This document shows, piece by piece, positions 21,872 to 31,470 of a stretch of DNA of 38,102 nucleotides (position 1 is its first letter; each line of letters starts with the position of its first letter). The notes under the pieces were generated by a model. That model did not search any database. It worked only from the letters and a program-made list of their open reading frames with translations, and was not told the DNA's origin. A program made the position numbers and the translations under genes. Location: the NCBI GenBank assembly GCA_033762915.1, contig JANRLD010000077.1, forward strand, positions 1-38,102, given 5' to 3'. The DNA is from Meiothermus sp. Lineage in GTDB: Bacteria; Deinococcota; Deinococci; Deinococcales; Thermaceae.

Positions 21872-22791
21872 CCTCCGGTGGTTGTGATTGTATCGCTTAG
21901 GGCGGCGCGGCCCTCGAGCAACCCCCGCACGTAGGCTGCCGAGAGCACGAAGCGGTAGTTCCTGAACGCCCCCGGCCCGGACTCCCAGCTCAGGTCGCGC
22001 AGCAGGCGCTCGGCCCTGGGCCAGGGGTAGGCCAAGCGCTGGTAGGCCATGGCCAGCGGGTTGGCCCCCGTCCACAGCGCCACGTCCCAGCCGGGGTGCT
22101 GGCGCAGGAACTCCCAGGCCATCCGGCCCATGCTGCGCACCTTGGCGGCGGTGGCCTCGAGGCTCACCCGGTCCTCGTGGGCGGCCCGGGCCTCGGCCGC
22201 CAGGCGGGGCCTAATGCCGCGTCTCCACAGCCGCAGGCCCAGCTCGTGCTCCTCCCAGCCGTAGCCCTTGAAGGCCGCGAACGGCTGCGGCGGCAGCTCG
22301 GCCCTCGGCAGCGAGAGGCTGGCGAACCAGAAGCCGCCCCGGCCCAGCGGCGCGGCGTTGGGCTTGCCGCGTACCCCGCCCTCGGCCCGCTCCCGCCAGA
22401 AGCGCACGAAGGGCCGCTGGCCCAGCGCGTCGGGGATATGGGTGCGGCTCACGGCGGCGCAGCGGTCGAACTGCTGGTGCATCCGGCGGTGGGCCAGCAA
22501 GAAGTGCGGCTCGGGGATCACGTCGTCGTCGTTGAAGAGCACGTAGCGGCCCTGGGCCAGCGCGAAACCGGCGTTGCGGGCGGCGGCCAAGCCCTGGTTG
22601 GGCTGGCGGACGACCTGCACTCGAGTGTCCCCGATCGCCTGCAGAACCTGGGGGGTGGCGTCCGTAGAGCCGTCGTCCACCACAATCACCTCGAACGCCG
22701 GGCCCTCCTGCGCCAGGAAGGCCTGCACCGTCCGGCGCACCAACTCGGCGCGGTTGTGGGTGGGGATCACGATGCTGAAGACTGGTTCCAT
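21868..22791 (-). CDS. Glycosyltransferase family 2
   Basis: SIVIPTHNR, VVDDGSTD, GLAAARNAG, FNDDD, YGWEEHELGLRL. Confidence 0.92.
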   Translation of the reverse strand: MEPVFSIVIPTHNRAELVRRTVQAFLAQEGPAFEVIVVDDGSTDATPQVLQAIGDTRVQVVRQPNQGLAAARNAGFALAQGRYVLFNDDDVIPEPHFLLAHRRMHQQFDRCAAVSRTHIPDALGQRPFVRFWRERAEGGVRGKPNAAPLGRGGFWFASLSLPRAELPPQPFAAFKGYGWEEHELGLRLWRRGIRPRLAAEARAAHEDRVSLEATAAKVRSMGRMAWEFLRQHPGWDVALWTGANPLAMAYQRLAYPWPRAERLLRDLSWESGPGAFRNYRFVLSAAYVRGLLEGRAALSDTITTTGG

Positions 22792-23603
22792 GCCTGCGAG
22801 GCCCCCCAAGCGTGCGCCAGCGATAGATCGCCCTCGAGACCCATGAACGTCTTTAGTGAGGGCAGCAGCGCCATCTTAACCGCCAACAGCGCGGGGTGTA
22901 CCCCCAGCGCCCAGGCGATCCGCATATCGCCATGCTTGCGTGCCAACTGGACGTGCGAGAAGCCGTGGGTTCTGGCCCGTTCCAGGGCCCGCCCGTCCTT
23001 GTAGCCCCAGGCTTCGTGGACCGCCTGCGCCTGGGGCAGAAACTGAAACCTTACACCTGCCCTAAACAGCCGGTAGCCGAAGTCTAGGTCCTCGCCAGTC
23101 TGCACCTGGGCGTAGAGCTGATAGCCCTCGTCGAAGCCACCGTGCTGCCGCCACAAGGCTCTGCTGATGCTGCTGTTGTTGCCGGTGAAGTTCCACCAGA
23201 AAGCTCTGGGTCCGTACATCGAGGTCGCGCCGCTGTTCTTCAGCTCGGTGGGCAGACTGAGTTTGCCTACAAATACGGTCGGGGTCTGGGCGCTCGAGTG
23301 CGCCTGCGCGTGGGCCTCGACGCAGCCCGCTTGCAGTATCACGTCGTCATCTGAAAGTAGGATGACCTCGCCCTCCGCCACCTCTGCGCCCTGGTTCCGG
23401 GCCCCTGCCGATCCCAGTCCGCTGGTAGACAGGATATGTAGCGGGTACGGAGGTCTGTAGTCCTCGAGCCAGGCCAGGGTGCCGTCGGTGCAGCCGTCTG
23501 CTACCACGATCACCTCGAACTCGCCCGACTGACTCTCGAGCCGCTCAAGCTTCTTGCGCAGCAGCTCGAGGCGGTTGTGGGTGGGGACGATGATCGAAAT
23601 CAT
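22767..23603 (-). CDS. Glycosyltransferase family 2
   Basis: SIIVPTHNR, ADGCTDGT, GARNQG, LSDDD, GEDLDFGYRL. Confidence 0.92.
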   Translation of the reverse strand: MISIIVPTHNRLELLRKKLERLESQSGEFEVIVVADGCTDGTLAWLEDYRPPYPLHILSTSGLGSAGARNQGAEVAEGEVILLSDDDVILQAGCVEAHAQAHSSAQTPTVFVGKLSLPTELKNSGATSMYGPRAFWWNFTGNNSSISRALWRQHGGFDEGYQLYAQVQTGEDLDFGYRLFRAGVRFQFLPQAQAVHEAWGYKDGRALERARTHGFSHVQLARKHGDMRIAWALGVHPALLAVKMALLPSLKTFMGLEGDLSLAHAWGASQAWNQSSAS

Positions 23604-23672
23604 AGAAACTCAGCCCGTGGCGTGTGGGGGAGCGTCTTTTGCCACGATCCACATGCTACCAGCCACGCGTCC
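23604..23672. repeat. Heptamer-repeat intergenic insert
   Basis: GCCACGA-TCCACAT-GCTACCA-GCCACGC with an opposed GTGGCGTGTGG; similar to 28352-28409. Confidence 0.55.
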
Positions 23673-24247
<575 letters not shown>

Positions 24248-24251
<4 letters not shown>

Positions 24252-24928
24252 GCCACTTCCTCCAGGTAGTTCAGGTGCATGTTTCGCTTGACTCGAGCCA
24301 GCGTCTCCCGCGCCACCTCTCGAGCCTTATGCGTACCTTCCAGCAGCAGTTCAAGAACTGCTTCTTGTTTGCCCTCGAGTTCCGCCCGGCGCCGGCGGAT
24401 TGGCTCGAGGTGGGCTTGATTAAACAAGCCGTGATACTCGAAAACCATGCAGACCTCGGGCCGCCCGGCATCGCGTAGTTGTTGCGCGTAGGGGAGGCGT
24501 TCTTCAGGGGTTGTGGTGCGGCGCTGGGGCGACAACACATATAGGTCGTCACCGGCGTAGCGCGGAAAAACGTGGACGTGGTAATGCCATACGTCTTGGC
24601 TGCCGTGAGGCTCGTTGTGCTGTCGGGTGGAGATTCCGTCGCAGCGGTACACGGCTTTCATGGCTAGGGCGGTTGCTCGAGTCAGCCGGTGCACCTCGGT
24701 GGCGTACTCGAGGGGCAGCTCGTAGATGTTCTCGAAGTGTCGATTCGGGATGACCAGCACGTTGCCTGGGTTGTTGGGCCAGGTGCCTGCGGCGATGAAG
24801 GCCGTCGCCCACTCCGTCTTTAGAAACACATCCCCTGGGCGGGTGATGGGGTAAGTCTCGGTGTATTCGTTCTTTGCGACCCGGCAGAACGGGCAGTCGT
24901 AGTTTTCGGGCGCGTGGTTGTACATCAT
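24248..24928 (-). CDS. HIT-family nucleotide hydrolase with a C-terminal TrpRS-derived extension
   Basis: CPFC, VLVIPNRH, QDVWHYHVHVFPR histidine triad; tail GRPEVCMVFEYHGLFN...LEPIRRRRAEL..LEGTHKAREVARETLARVKRNMHLNY; ATGA overlaps with trpE and trpG. Confidence 0.85.
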
Positions 24929-26340
24929 AGACCTTCTTCTGCCAGCCGCACGGCCTTCACCATCGCCTGGGCCTTGTTCAAACACTCCTGATATTCACTG
25001 CTGGGAACCGAGTCGTAAACAACCCCCGCGCCGGCCTGGATGTGCAACTGCCCGTTGGCCACCACGATGGTGCGCAGGGTCAGGGCCACATCCATGTGTC
25101 CGTCGTAGGCCACGTAGCCGAAGGAGCCGCCGTAGGCGCCCCGGCGGGAGGGCTCGAGCTCTTCGATGATCTCCATGGCCCGAATCTTGGGGGCGCCGGA
25201 GACGGTGCCCATCGGCAGCACCGAGGCCAGTGCGTCGAGGGGCGACTTGTCCTCGCGCAGCTCGCCCTCTACGGTGGAGACGATGTGCATGACGTGCGAG
25301 TAGTGCTCCACGCTGAGCAGCTGGGTCGGCTTCACGCTGCCGTACCTGGAGACCCGCCCGAGGTCGTTGCGGCTCAGGTCCACCAGCATCACGTGCTCGG
25401 CGCGTTCCTTCTCGTCAGAGAGCAGGTCTTCGGCCAGGGCCTTGTCCTCGGCGGCGTCCCGGCCGCGCTTGCGGGTTCCGGCGATGGGGCGGGTGACGAC
25501 GCGCTCGCCGTCAGAGCGCAGCAGGCTCTCGGGGCTGCACGAGACCAGCGTGGCCTCGCCCAAGTCCAGGAAGCCCATGTAGGGGCTGGGGTTGACCGAC
25601 CGCAGGGCGCGGTAGACCGCAAACGGGTGGACGCCCTGCGGCGCGGACATCCGCAGGCTGGGGACGACTTGAAAAATGTCGCCGGCGCGGATGTACTCGA
25701 GGGCCTTCTCCACCATCGCTTCGTACTCGGCCTGGGTCACGCTCTGGCTGAACTCCATCCGCCGCCCGGCCCGCTCGCCTGGCACCCCCGGCAGCGGCCC
25801 GTTGAGCTTGCGCTCGGCCCAGGCGATTCGTTCCAGGGCCTCGGCCTTGCCGCCCTCCTCGGCCGGGGCCACGATGTGGAGCTGCTGCTTGAACTGGTCG
25901 AAGACCACCACCACCTCGGGCTCCACAAACAACAAGTCGGGGATGGCAAGTAGGTCGGGCTTGAGGGCGGGCAGCTTCTCGTACGCGCGGATCAGGTCGT
26001 AGGCGGCGTACCCCACCGCGCCGCCCCAGAACGGCGGCAGGTCGGGGTCGGACTCGACCGGGCGGTAGATGGACTCGTACAGCGTGCGGAGCGGGTCTCT
26101 GGTCTCCACCCTTTGCCCGTTAACTGTGAACGCCCCGTCCTTCAGCCGCCAGGTGTTGCGCGCCCCCACCCCCACAAAGCTCCACCGCGCCCAGGCCTTG
26201 CCGCCCTCCACCGACTCGAGCAGGAAGCTGGGGCTCGACTTCTCCGAGAGCTTGAGGTAGGCCGAGACGGGGGTCTCGAGGTCGGCCAGGAGGGTCTTCT
26301 TGACCGGGATGATCGGCTTGGACTGGACGGCTGCAACCAT
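24925..26340 (-). CDS. trpE: Anthranilate synthase component I
   Basis: DLETPVSAY, FLLESVE, AGDIFQVV, NPSPYM, RPIAGTR, EHVMLVDL, GTVSGAPKIRAM. Confidence 0.97.
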   Translation of the reverse strand: MVAAVQSKPIIPVKKTLLADLETPVSAYLKLSEKSSPSFLLESVEGGKAWARWSFVGVGARNTWRLKDGAFTVNGQRVETRDPLRTLYESIYRPVESDPDLPPFWGGAVGYAAYDLIRAYEKLPALKPDLLAIPDLLFVEPEVVVVFDQFKQQLHIVAPAEEGGKAEALERIAWAERKLNGPLPGVPGERAGRRMEFSQSVTQAEYEAMVEKALEYIRAGDIFQVVPSLRMSAPQGVHPFAVYRALRSVNPSPYMGFLDLGEATLVSCSPESLLRSDGERVVTRPIAGTRKRGRDAAEDKALAEDLLSDEKERAEHVMLVDLSRNDLGRVSRYGSVKPTQLLSVEHYSHVMHIVSTVEGELREDKSPLDALASVLPMGTVSGAPKIRAMEIIEELEPSRRGAYGGSFGYVAYDGHMDVALTLRTIVVANGQLHIQAGAGVVYDSVPSSEYQECLNKAQAMVKAVRLAEEGL

Positions 26341-26358
26341 ACGACGCTCCTCGTGCGC

Positions 26359-26393
26359 AACAAAAACCCCCTAGAGATTCTTCCCTAGGGGGT
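26359..26393 (-). terminator. trp attenuator terminator hairpin
   Basis: Minus strand ACCCCCTAGGGA-agaa-TCTCTAGGGGGT followed by TTTTGTT, just upstream of trpE. Confidence 0.85.
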
Positions 26394-26410
26394 ACAAACC
26401 GCTACCAAGC

Positions 26411-26455
26411 CTAGGGAACCCTAGGCCACCACCAGTTGCGGGCAATCGCGAACAT
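26411..26455 (-). CDS. trpL: trp operon leader peptide MFAIARNWWWPRVP
   Basis: Three consecutive TGG codons; CCTAGGG segments can pair alternately with the terminator stem; TTGCCA-N17-CAAACT promoter at 26493-26465. Confidence 0.85.
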   Translation of the reverse strand: MFAIARNWWWPRVP

Positions 26456-26498
26456 CTTGGGGCTAGTTTGCCGCATTCCGGGAAAAATGGCAAGAGCG

Positions 26499-26675
26499 GG
26501 GTGGGCGGGCAGGGGGGCAGGCGACCCCCGACGCTGCCGAGCGCCCGCAAGTTTCGTTTCGACCCTTGCATCGCTCCTGCGTGCAGTGGGGCCGAAAGAC
26601 GCGGGGGCAACCATATCCTCGCCGCCGGTGGGGGCCTCTCTTCCCCTCCCGCTTCCCGCTTCCCGCCCTCCCGCC
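26499..26675. repeat. Opposed heptamer arrays in the trpL/HAD divergent region
   Basis: GGGTGGGCGGGCAGGGGGGCAGG on the left; CCTCCCG-CTTCCCG-CTTCCCG-CCCTCCCG on the right. Confidence 0.5.
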
Positions 26676-26689
26676 GTATGCTTTTCGCG

Positions 26690-27442
26690 ATGCGCTGGCT
26701 CACCTTCGATCTCGACGGCACCCTGGCCGACTGGCCGTTTCGCTACATCGTTCAGCCCCACATGCGGCCCCTGGTGGAGAACAACCCCGGGCTCCGCGAG
26801 GCCCTGCGGGAGGAGTACCAGAGCCGACTGGGCACGGGCGAGCCGGCCCGCATCTACGACTGGGGCGACATCCACCACAGCGTGAAACAAAAGCTGGGCC
26901 TGAGCCTCAGCTTCCCCGACATCCCCAAGCTGCTCGAGGCCGCCACCTTCGAGCCGGGGATGGTCTACGGCGACGTGCTCGAGGGGCTGCGGGCCTTCAA
27001 GGCCCAGGGCTGGAGCGTGGCGGTCGCCACCAACGGCCTGGCCAAGTACCAGCAGCCGCTGGTGGACCGGCTCGAGATCCCCTACGACTTCATGCTGGCC
27101 CCCGACGTGAGCGGGGCCACCAAGCCCGAGGTTGAGTTCTGGGACCCGCTGCCCCGGCCCCGCACCCGGGTCGTACACGTGGGCGACCTGCTCACCCACG
27201 ACATCTGGGGCGCGAACGCGGCCGGCCTGGGGGCGGTCTGGATCTGGCGCGAGATGCCCCCCGCCTGGCGCGAAACCCCCGTCGAGCAGCGGCTGGCTCG
27301 AGGCGACGCCCGGGAGGTCATCGCGGCCCTGGTCGAGCGCGAACTCGAGGAACACGGCTTCGTGGGCCGCGAGATGCCGGGGGAACTGCCCCGGCCGGAT
27401 CACGTGGTGGCGGATTTGCGGGAGTTGCTCGAGGTGGTTTGA
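26690..27442 (+). CDS. HAD-superfamily hydrolase
   Basis: FDLDGTL, VATNG, KP, HVGDLLTHDIWGANAAG. TATGCT 7 nt before ATG 26690. Confidence 0.9.
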   Translation: MRWLTFDLDGTLADWPFRYIVQPHMRPLVENNPGLREALREEYQSRLGTGEPARIYDWGDIHHSVKQKLGLSLSFPDIPKLLEAATFEPGMVYGDVLEGLRAFKAQGWSVAVATNGLAKYQQPLVDRLEIPYDFMLAPDVSGATKPEVEFWDPLPRPRTRVVHVGDLLTHDIWGANAAGLGAVWIWREMPPAWRETPVEQRLARGDAREVIAALVERELEEHGFVGREMPGELPRPDHVVADLRELLEVV

Positions 27443-27498
27443 TGGGCGAGGTAGCTTTTGGCTAACCGCCTCGTCGGTCCCCTGTTCACCGACCCCCC

Positions 27499-28014
27499 CT
27501 ACCTGAACGCCCGCAGCAGGTCGTCCGGGCTCTCCGGCGACAGCAACACCTTCCCGCCGCCCTGCAGCTCGAGCAGCACCCCCGGCCCCCGGCGGGCCGC
27601 CACGTAGGCGCTGACCGGGCCGAGGTCCTCGAGGGTGTAGGTGCCCACGTAGTAGCCGGGGAAGTGGCCCTTGCTGCGGCTGCTGAAGCGCAGGGCGTAC
27701 TCCAGGGGACGGGCGGAGACCACCTGGCTGCGCCCGATCTGCTCGGGGCCGTAGTGGGTCTGGACAGTCAGGCCCTTGTGGGTCAGTTCGTAGGCCAGCA
27801 TCTGGGGGAAGCGCAGCATCCAGGAGGCCAACAAACCCGCCAGCGCCAGCCCTGGCAGGGCGATCAGGGCGGTCAGCATGGCCAGGCTGACGCTGCGGCC
27901 CCACAGGATGGGGGTTAGCCAGAGGAGCGGCAGGGTGACGACCGCCATCAGCACCAGTGGCCACAGCCAGGGGCGGGGGTTGTCGCTGCGGAGGGGGAGG
28001 GTCTTGAGCTTCAC
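27499..28014 (-). CDS. Membrane protein with a bacterial PH domain
   Basis: Two TM segments, then YELTHKGLTV, PGYYVGTY, VLLSPESPD; GTG start inferred. Confidence 0.7.
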   Translation of the reverse strand: MKLKTLPLRSDNPRPWLWPLVLMAVVTLPLLWLTPILWGRSVSLAMLTALIALPGLALAGLLASWMLRFPQMLAYELTHKGLTVQTHYGPEQIGRSQVVSARPLEYALRFSSRSKGHFPGYYVGTYTLEDLGPVSAYVAARRGPGVLLELQGGGKVLLSPESPDDLLRAFR

Positions 28015-28124
28015 GACGCCCAGAGCATACAAGAACGGCCCCCCGTGAAAAATCGGGGGGCCAACACTGCCCCGCGGGCCGGGGCTACGGGCCGCTCCAT
28101 CACGCCTCAGGCGGCGGGGCCCTG

Positions 28125-28171
28125 TATCCCGCACATCCTGGCCTCTACGGCGGTATTCGGGGCAACCGCGG
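28125..28171 (-). mobile_element. MITE family A remnant
   Basis: Minus strand CGCGGTTGCCCCGAATACCGCCGTAGAGGCCAGGATGTGCGGGATA, directly after the TGA of the RHH gene; homologous to 15031-15081. Confidence 0.5.
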
Positions 28172-28351
28172 TCACTCCTCCTTGGGCGGCTCTTTGGGGC
28201 CGGCTTTGATGCGCCCGTTCTTCCGCACCGCCTCGCGCAGCACGTACTCGATCTGGGCATTTATGCTCCGAAACTCGTCGGCGGCCCAGCCCTCGAGCGC
28301 GTCGAAGAGCTCTTCGTCTATACGCAGTAGGAATTTCTTCTTCTCGGCCAT
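28172..28351 (-). CDS. Arc/ribbon-helix-helix DNA-binding protein (59 aa, not in the ORF track)
   Basis: [47 protein letters not shown], typical of the RHH proteins that follow SPFH genes. Confidence 0.88.
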   Translation of the reverse strand: MAEKKKFLLRIDEELFDALEGWAADEFRSINAQIEYVLREAVRKNGRIKAGPKEPPKEE

Positions 28352-28409
28352 AAGAAACCGCCGGGGGCGGGTGGTTTACCGCAAGCTACCAGCCACCGGC
28401 CACAAGCCC
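28352..28409. repeat. Heptamer-repeat intergenic insert
   Basis: CCGCAAG-CTACCAG-CCACCGG-CCACAAG; shares GCTACCAGCCAC and a flanking AGAAAC with 23604-23672. Confidence 0.55.
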
Positions 28410-29309
28410 CTAGTACAACGTACCCGCGTTGATCACCGGGGCGGCCTCGGACTCCGAGACCAATGCCACCAGAAGGTTGTTGACCATCGCGGCTTTGCGC
28501 TCCTCGTCGAGTTCGACCACGCCCTCGCTCTTGAGCTGCTCGAGGGCCTGCTTAACCATCCCCACCGCGCCCTCCACGATCTTCTGCCGGGCGGCGATGA
28601 TGGCCTGGGCCTGCTGGCGGCGCAGCATGGCTTGGGCGATCTCCTGGGCGTAGGCCAGGTGCGAGAGGCGGGCCTCGAGCACGTCGAGGCCGGCGATCTC
28701 GAGGCGCTTGTGCAGCTCGAGCTTGAGCTGCTCGCCCACCTCGTCGGGGTTGCGGCGCAGCGACTCGGCCCCGTCGTGCTCGTCGTAGGGGTACTTGGAG
28801 GCCAGTGCCCGGATCGCCGTTTCGGCCTGGATGGCCACGAACTGCATGTAGTTCTCTACGTCGAAGAGGGCCTTGGCCGAGTCGGTGACCCGCCAGACGA
28901 TCACCGCCGCGATCTCGATGGGGTTGCCCACCGCGTCGTTGACCTTCAGGCGCTCGGAGTTGAAGTTATTGACCTTGAGGCTGAGCTTCTGTTTGCGGGC
29001 GAAGGGGTTGACCCAGTACCAGCCGTCACGGGTCACGCTGCCGGTGTACTTGCCCAGGAAGGTGAGGACCCTGGCCTCGTTGGGCTGCACCACCAGGAAG
29101 CCGCCGGACAGGATGCCACCCAGCACGATAAACACCACCGCCCAAAACAGCCCCCCCATCGAGGGCTCGAGGTTGAGCCGGTCGGCCCGGACGGCCTCCT
29201 GGATAAAGCCCCACAGGTTCCAACCCCCCAGGCCCCACAGCCCCACTATCACGATCAGGCCGATGATCCCCGGTAGCACGAAGGCCGACTTCTCTCTGGT
29301 GATCTGCAT
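28410..29309 (-). CDS. SPFH/Band 7 domain membrane protein
   Basis: Two TM segments, [56 protein letters not shown]. Confidence 0.93.
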   Translation of the reverse strand: MQITREKSAFVLPGIIGLIVIVGLWGLGGWNLWGFIQEAVRADRLNLEPSMGGLFWAVVFIVLGGILSGGFLVVQPNEARVLTFLGKYTGSVTRDGWYWVNPFARKQKLSLKVNNFNSERLKVNDAVGNPIEIAAVIVWRVTDSAKALFDVENYMQFVAIQAETAIRALASKYPYDEHDGAESLRRNPDEVGEQLKLELHKRLEIAGLDVLEARLSHLAYAQEIAQAMLRRQQAQAIIAARQKIVEGAVGMVKQALEQLKSEGVVELDEERKAAMVNNLLVALVSESEAAPVINAGTLY

Positions 29310-29317
29310 AGCGCTCC

Positions 29318-30259
29318 TTAAAGGCCCTTCAGAAACTGGGCGATGTTCTCGACCAGGCTGTTTGCCAGCGGCAGGCTGGGGTTGAAGTAGGTGGCGAGGT
29401 TGGCGTTGCGCTCGGCGGGCGCGGCCTTGAGCACGTGGTTCATGCCCTCGAGCAGCACCAGCCTGGCCCTGGGGTTGGCGGCGGCCAGCGCCTGGGCGTC
29501 CTTGACTGCGACCTGAATATCGGTGGTTCCCTGCACGATCAGGGCGGGGGTCTGGAGTCCGGCCATCAGCCTCGCGGGGTCGCGGCGAAAGCTCGAAATC
29601 AGGAAGGGCTGCACGCTGGGCCGGAACAGCGGGGCCAGCACCGGGCTAACCTGGGCCACCGTGCGGCCCGCCTTAAGCTCGGCCATGATTTTCTTGCTCT
29701 CCTCGATCAGGGCCGGCGGGTTGGCGGGGTTGGCCTCGAGCTGCTCCGTCAGCACCACGTCCAGCGGGCGACCCGCCCCCGCCAGCGAGACGTAGCCGTC
29801 TGCCTGGCTCGAGGCCAGCAGCCCGATCAAGGCGCCCTCGCTGTGCCCGATGAAGGCCACGCGGCTGAAGCGGCGGTCTTTTCGTAGAAAGGCGATCCAG
29901 GCCAGCGCGTCGGCGGCGAAGGTGTCCAGCGTGACCTCCTCCTCCTTGAGGCCCGGCTGCACGCTCTTACCGACGGCCCGCTTGTCGACGCGCAGCGAGG
30001 CCACGCCCTGGGCTGCCAGCCCCTCGGCCAGCAGCTTGAGGCTGTCGTTCTTGCCCGGCAGGCCGCGGGTGTTGCCGTCGCGGTCGGTGGGGCCGGAGCC
30101 GGGGTGGATCAGGGCCACCACAAAGGGGCCACTGCCGGCGGGCAACTCGAGCGTGCCGTAGAGCGTTGCGGTAGGGGTCTCGAGCGCCACCTCCTGGCCG
30201 GTCGCTGCCGCCAGCCCTGTCATCCATACACCCGCAAGTGCAATCATCCAAGGATTCAT
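29318..30259 (-). CDS. Secreted alpha/beta hydrolase
   Basis: Signal peptide, [15 protein letters not shown] nucleophile elbow, [15 protein letters not shown]. Confidence 0.9.
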   Translation of the reverse strand: MNPWMIALAGVWMTGLAAATGQEVALETPTATLYGTLELPAGSGPFVVALIHPGSGPTDRDGNTRGLPGKNDSLKLLAEGLAAQGVASLRVDKRAVGKSVQPGLKEEEVTLDTFAADALAWIAFLRKDRRFSRVAFIGHSEGALIGLLASSQADGYVSLAGAGRPLDVVLTEQLEANPANPPALIEESKKIMAELKAGRTVAQVSPVLAPLFRPSVQPFLISSFRRDPARLMAGLQTPALIVQGTTDIQVAVKDAQALAAANPRARLVLLEGMNHVLKAAPAERNANLATYFNPSLPLANSLVENIAQFLKGL

Positions 30260-30267
30260 AGACCTCC

Positions 30268-30304
30268 TGACATCAAGATGATATTAGATTATACTAAGTA
30301 TAAT
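30268..30304 (-). promoter_or_regulatory. Promoter -10 and putative RHH operator of the hydrolase-SPFH-RHH operon
   Basis: TGACATCA-aga-TGATATTA next to the GGAGG RBS; palindrome ATTATACT-a-AGTATAAT giving TATAAT on both strands. Confidence 0.6.
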
Positions 30305-30472
30305 TTGTGAAAAATGAACAAAGTTTCCCACCCGTCATGTCTCCCGATGCCCTGACGGATTAAGGCAGTGCTGGAGCCCATTCCGGCTGTACCACCCGCT
30401 TACGCGCCGGCCCGGCTCGAGCGGCCCGCAACATCTCCCGTAGTGGCCAAGTGCAAAAACACCCCCAAGGCC

Positions 30473-30796
30473 CTACCCGTCCTTGGGCCTGGCCCGCTCG
30501 GCGCCGACCCCCAGGAGTTTCTCGAGCAGCCTGGTCGCCGCGCTCAAGGTGGCTTCGAAGCCCAGCCAGCCCAGCAAGGTCGCCAGCACCAGCAGGGTTT
30601 TGGGGCTGAAGTCGCTCCATTCCGAAAGCAGGATCACCACCATTCCGCCCCAGAAGGCGCTCGAGAGAATCCGCACCCCGCGCCGCAGCAGCCGGTGCCT
30701 CACGCTCTCCACCAGTACCTTGAGCAAGGCCCCGACCCCGGCAAAACCGCAGGTCAGCAGCAACAGTTGCCACAACGGCTGTTGTTCTCCGTTCAT
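30473..30796 (-). CDS. Small three-TM holin-like membrane protein
   Basis: 107 aa, three hydrophobic segments, Arg-rich loop (RHRLLRR), LLGWLG, charged C-terminus; AGGA RBS and its own promoter. Holin assignment rests on topology only. Confidence 0.6.
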   Translation of the reverse strand: MNGEQQPLWQLLLLTCGFAGVGALLKVLVESVRHRLLRRGVRILSSAFWGGMVVILLSEWSDFSPKTLLVLATLLGWLGFEATLSAATRLLEKLLGVGAERARPKDG

Positions 30797-30861
30797 ACGC
30801 TCTTTCCTGTGGGTTCGGGCGGGGTGGCGGGTCTGCCGAGGGCGTAAAGGTGCTCGAGATT

Positions 30862-30906
30862 ATGATATAACTGAAAGAAAGTATAGTCAATATGTTTATG
30901 ACAGAA
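30862..30906 (-). promoter_or_regulatory. Sigma-A promoter of the holin-like gene with an adjacent RDRM-like palindrome
   Basis: TTGACT (30890-30885)-N17-TATCAT (30867-30862); 17-mer TTCTGTCATAAACATAT at 30906-30890. Confidence 0.6.
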
Positions 30907-31139
30907 AAATTCAGGGACTCGTACACTCCCCGCCCAGTCTCGCGGTTGCCCTGTCCTGGGGGTCCTTGTTTCGGCCGAAATTGTGGGCACGTGCGGCGTG
31001 GGTCGTCGCGGGTTTGCGGACGCTCACCCCGCTCGAGCCGGCCCCAGACGCGAAGTGCCCTCGCGCTCTACGGGCTAGAGGACACCCCGGTCTAGGTGTC
31101 TGTATGGTTCAGCCGCGAGGTGCCGCCCTAAAGCGCCCC

Positions 31140-31354
31140 TAAGTTGCGCCAGGGTGAAAATGCGGAATCGGCGGATAGGGTAAATACGTACTTGGGCGGA
31201 GGGGCGTGCGCCATAGCCGTGGAGCGGCTACCCGGGGCGCAATTCCCGTGGGAGCTGGCGGGCGATAGTTCGCATGGCAACTATGCAGACACTTAGAGAA
31301 GCGCCATCAACCCAACGGCTGCCCCTCTGATCTGGCACACCCTGGCGCAACCTA
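31140..31354. mobile_element. MITE-like element, family B
   Basis: Perfect 14-bp inverted repeat GTTGCGCCAGGGTG (31143-31156) / CACCCTGGCGCAAC (31338-31351), TA at both ends. Confidence 0.65.
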
Positions 31355-31470
31355 TCGCGTTTCCCACCCATACTCCGCCCACGGTGCTGCGCTAAAGCCT
31401 GCGCTAAAGCGGAGTATTGCGCTTGGTACAGCGGTTTTTGCCGTACCGAGCGTTCGTGAAAACCACTCTA
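31353..31470. mobile_element. MITE-like element, family A
   Basis: TATCGCGTTTCCCAC...GTGAAAACCACTCTA; homologous end to end (inverted) to 34948-35042, with an extra TGCGCTAAAGC duplication. Confidence 0.75.

Noticed and set aside
30310..31470. Prophage remnant around the holin-like gene
   Set aside because: No integrase, endolysin, structural genes or att-like repeats; flanks are MITEs and housekeeping genes.
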